DNA from: Candidatus Saccharimonadota bacterium
GTDB taxonomy: Bacteria > Patescibacteriota > Patescibacteriia > 2-12-FULL-60-25
Length of the DNA: 32,000 bases
Direction: 5' to 3'
Assembly: GCA_963718585.1 (NCBI GenBank)
Contig: OY970357.1
Coordinates: forward strand, 600,001-632,000
A program made the translations under genes and the position numbers. Under the pieces are notes generated by a model that made no database searches, was not told the origin of the DNA, and saw only the letters and a program-made list of their open reading frames with translations. This document shows positions 30,499-32,000 of the stretch, piece by piece; position 1 is the stretch's first letter; the number at the start of each line of letters is the position of its first letter.

Positions 30499-31562
30499 AG
30501 CTTCTGATAGACGGCGACCAATCCATCGATGTGACGCGACCAGGTGAACCGTTCGAGGATGCGCGCCCGCGCCGCAACGCCAAAGGCATCGCGCATCTCC
30601 GGATTTTCCAAAAGGAGACGCAGGTGCGCCGCCAACTCCGGAGCATGACCCGCCGGGGTCAAAAATCCCGTCTCTTTATCCGCGACCACGGTCCGAACAC
30701 CCGGAAGATCCGAGGCAACGACCGGAACGCCGCACGCCTGCGCTTCGAGCGCGACAAGACCGAATGCCTCGGCACCGGACGTTGAAGGAAATGCCAAGAC
30801 GTCGCCACGTCGATAGACGCCTGGCAGATCCGCCTCTGCGACGCGACCGAGGAACGTCGTCCGTTCCGCGATACCGAGTTCTCTCGCAAGCCGCTCAAAT
30901 CCGGGACGAAGATCTCCATCCCCCGCCAGGATCAAATGCGTGTTACGGGGTAATTCCACGAACGCCCGAAGGAGCACGTCCACTCCCTTGAAGGCATGTG
31001 CCTGGTCCATCCCACCGACGAACACGACCGTCCGCTCGAGCTGCGGGTTTCGAACGTCACGCTGCGCAGGCTTGAACCGCTCTTCATCCACACCGAATGG
31101 AAGCTCGATGACACGATCCGCCCATGGGGCGAACGACGCGTGTTCGACATAGTCTTTGGATGACGCAAAGAGAGCATCCGCAGCATCAAGGGTGCGGCGT
31201 TGCAGGAACATCCGATGCAGATCAAAGACAAGACCTTTCAACCCGGTCGCCGTCGCATCCATATGCAAGGTGATAGCGAGCCGTTTGATCTCTCCTTCCC
31301 GTCGCATCTTCGCGACATCGCCCGCTGTGCCGTAAAACGGATAGTGGAGGTGGACGATGTCTGCATCGCGGACGCGATCCAACAGGCACTTTCGGTCGAG
31401 AGATGCCGCATTCCCAAATGACCATCTCACCGGGATATTCCCAGGAGAAACGAGCGCGGCATCAAGGCCACGCGCCCGAAGCCGTTCGACCTCGGTCGCG
31501 GCCACGCGTCCGATCCCGCCGATCTGCGGCGGCGCGACGCACGAGAGATGCACGACCTTCAT
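30480..31562 (-). CDS. Glycosyltransferase family 4 (GT-B)
   Basis: MKVVHLSCVAPPQIGGIGRVA N-terminus and C-terminal AFPSTSGAEAFGLVALEAQACGVPVVASD. Confidence 0.85.
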   Translation of the reverse strand: MKVVHLSCVAPPQIGGIGRVAATEVERLRARGLDAALVSPGNIPVRWSFGNAASLDRKCLLDRVRDADIVHLHYPFYGTAGDVAKMRREGEIKRLAITLHMDATATGLKGLVFDLHRMFLQRRTLDAADALFASSKDYVEHASFAPWADRVIELPFGVDEERFKPAQRDVRNPQLERTVVFVGGMDQAHAFKGVDVLLRAFVELPRNTHLILAGDGDLRPGFERLARELGIAERTTFLGRVAEADLPGVYRRGDVLAFPSTSGAEAFGLVALEAQACGVPVVASDLPGVRTVVADKETGFLTPAGHAPELAAHLRLLLENPEMRDAFGVAARARILERFTWSRHIDGLVAVYQKLCASPS

Positions 31563-31566
31563 ACCA

Positions 31567-31908
31567 TCAGGAACGATCGCGCTCCGGAAGATCCTTCAAC
31601 GCATCCTTTCGTACGATGTCCGTCAACTTCCGCTCCAATCCATCGATCGCGACGAACGATTTGAATACCAAGAAGAAAAGCGCGATGACGGATGCGTACA
31701 GGATCAAGTCCGCACCGCGGCCGACGCCGAAGAGATTCGCGACCGTTGTCGTGGTCTGAGGCAGGAGTACGACGATCCCGGCGCCGATCCACAACGTACT
31801 CCACGCCAATGCTTCTTTGAGAGAGATGACACGCTGACGCATCCGCCGCCAGGTCGCGACAAGGACGAGGAGCAGGACGAGGAGCAGGACGATCTGAATG
31901 AGGGTCAT
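31567..31908 (-). CDS. Small membrane protein, DUF2304-like
   Basis: The start is set to ATG 31908 (MTLIQIVLLLVLLLVLVATWRR...). 3-4 TM segments plus a C-terminal amphipathic tail. From memory it resembles DUF2304 proteins, which usually follow a GT2 gene. Confidence 0.55.
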   Translation of the reverse strand: MTLIQIVLLLVLLLVLVATWRRMRQRVISLKEALAWSTLWIGAGIVVLLPQTTTTVANLFGVGRGADLILYASVIALFFLVFKSFVAIDGLERKLTDIVRKDALKDLPERDRS

Positions 31909-31910
31909 AG

Positions 31911-32000
31911 TCAGTTTGAAAAGATACCGAGAAGGAGTTGCCATGCGATCTTCATCGCATCCGCAGACTTTTGTCCTTTCGCCAAAGATTCGGGCGTATA
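31911..32000 (-). CDS. 3' end of an upstream co-oriented gene (product unknown)
   Basis: My own translation of the minus strand gives ...YTPESLAKGQKSADAMKIAWQLLLGIFSN*. The stop lies 2 nt before the next ATG. Too short to identify. Confidence 0.3.
   Translation of the reverse strand, partial: YTPESLAKGQKSADAMKIAWQLLLGIFSN

Overview
Gene-dense, high-GC bacterial chromosome segment (roughly 60% GC by eye). It holds about 43 protein-coding genes, two of them cut by the window edges, and three tRNAs: Gln-UUG on the + strand, and Thr-CGU and Gly-CCC on the - strand. I found no rRNA, CRISPR array, transposase, integrase or reverse transcriptase.

Gene content is housekeeping plus envelope functions:
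- RNA methyltransferases and era.
- An oxidative-stress run (bcp, Fe/Mn SOD, 2-Cys peroxiredoxin, glutaredoxin-like) plus a VKOR homologue.
- pepA.
- A secreted thermonuclease next to prs and a PRTase.
- A minus-strand division/cell-wall block: murE, PH-domain membrane protein, FtsB/DivIC-like, SurA-N-like, two tRNAs, RlpA-like, ftsE, ftsX.
- A glycosylation block: CDP-alcohol phosphatidyltransferase, a 715-aa polytopic membrane protein, two GT4, a DUF2304-like protein.

This gene mix resembles small-genome uncultivated bacteria (CPR/Patescibacteria-like), but that is only a guess.

Most worth a second look:
1. The ftsE-ftsX operon runs on into an HExxH lipoprotein, a small cytoplasmic protein and a two-module secreted protein. 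The catalytic part of the HExxH gene has an abrupt GC drop. This is either a candidate new FtsEX output module or a swapped toxin/immunity-like cassette.
2. A family of inverted arrays of a degenerate 7-nt unit (CTAGAAG-like) sits in three intergenic regions, directly upstream of sod, the peroxiredoxin and the 715-aa membrane protein.
3. TANNNT hexamers lie 6-8 nt upstream of many start codons, which suggests widespread leaderless transcripts.
4. A separately transcribed protein is built from about 15 copies of an 8-residue xxSLxDSL repeat.

All functional calls come from reading motifs in the supplied translations. No database search was possible.
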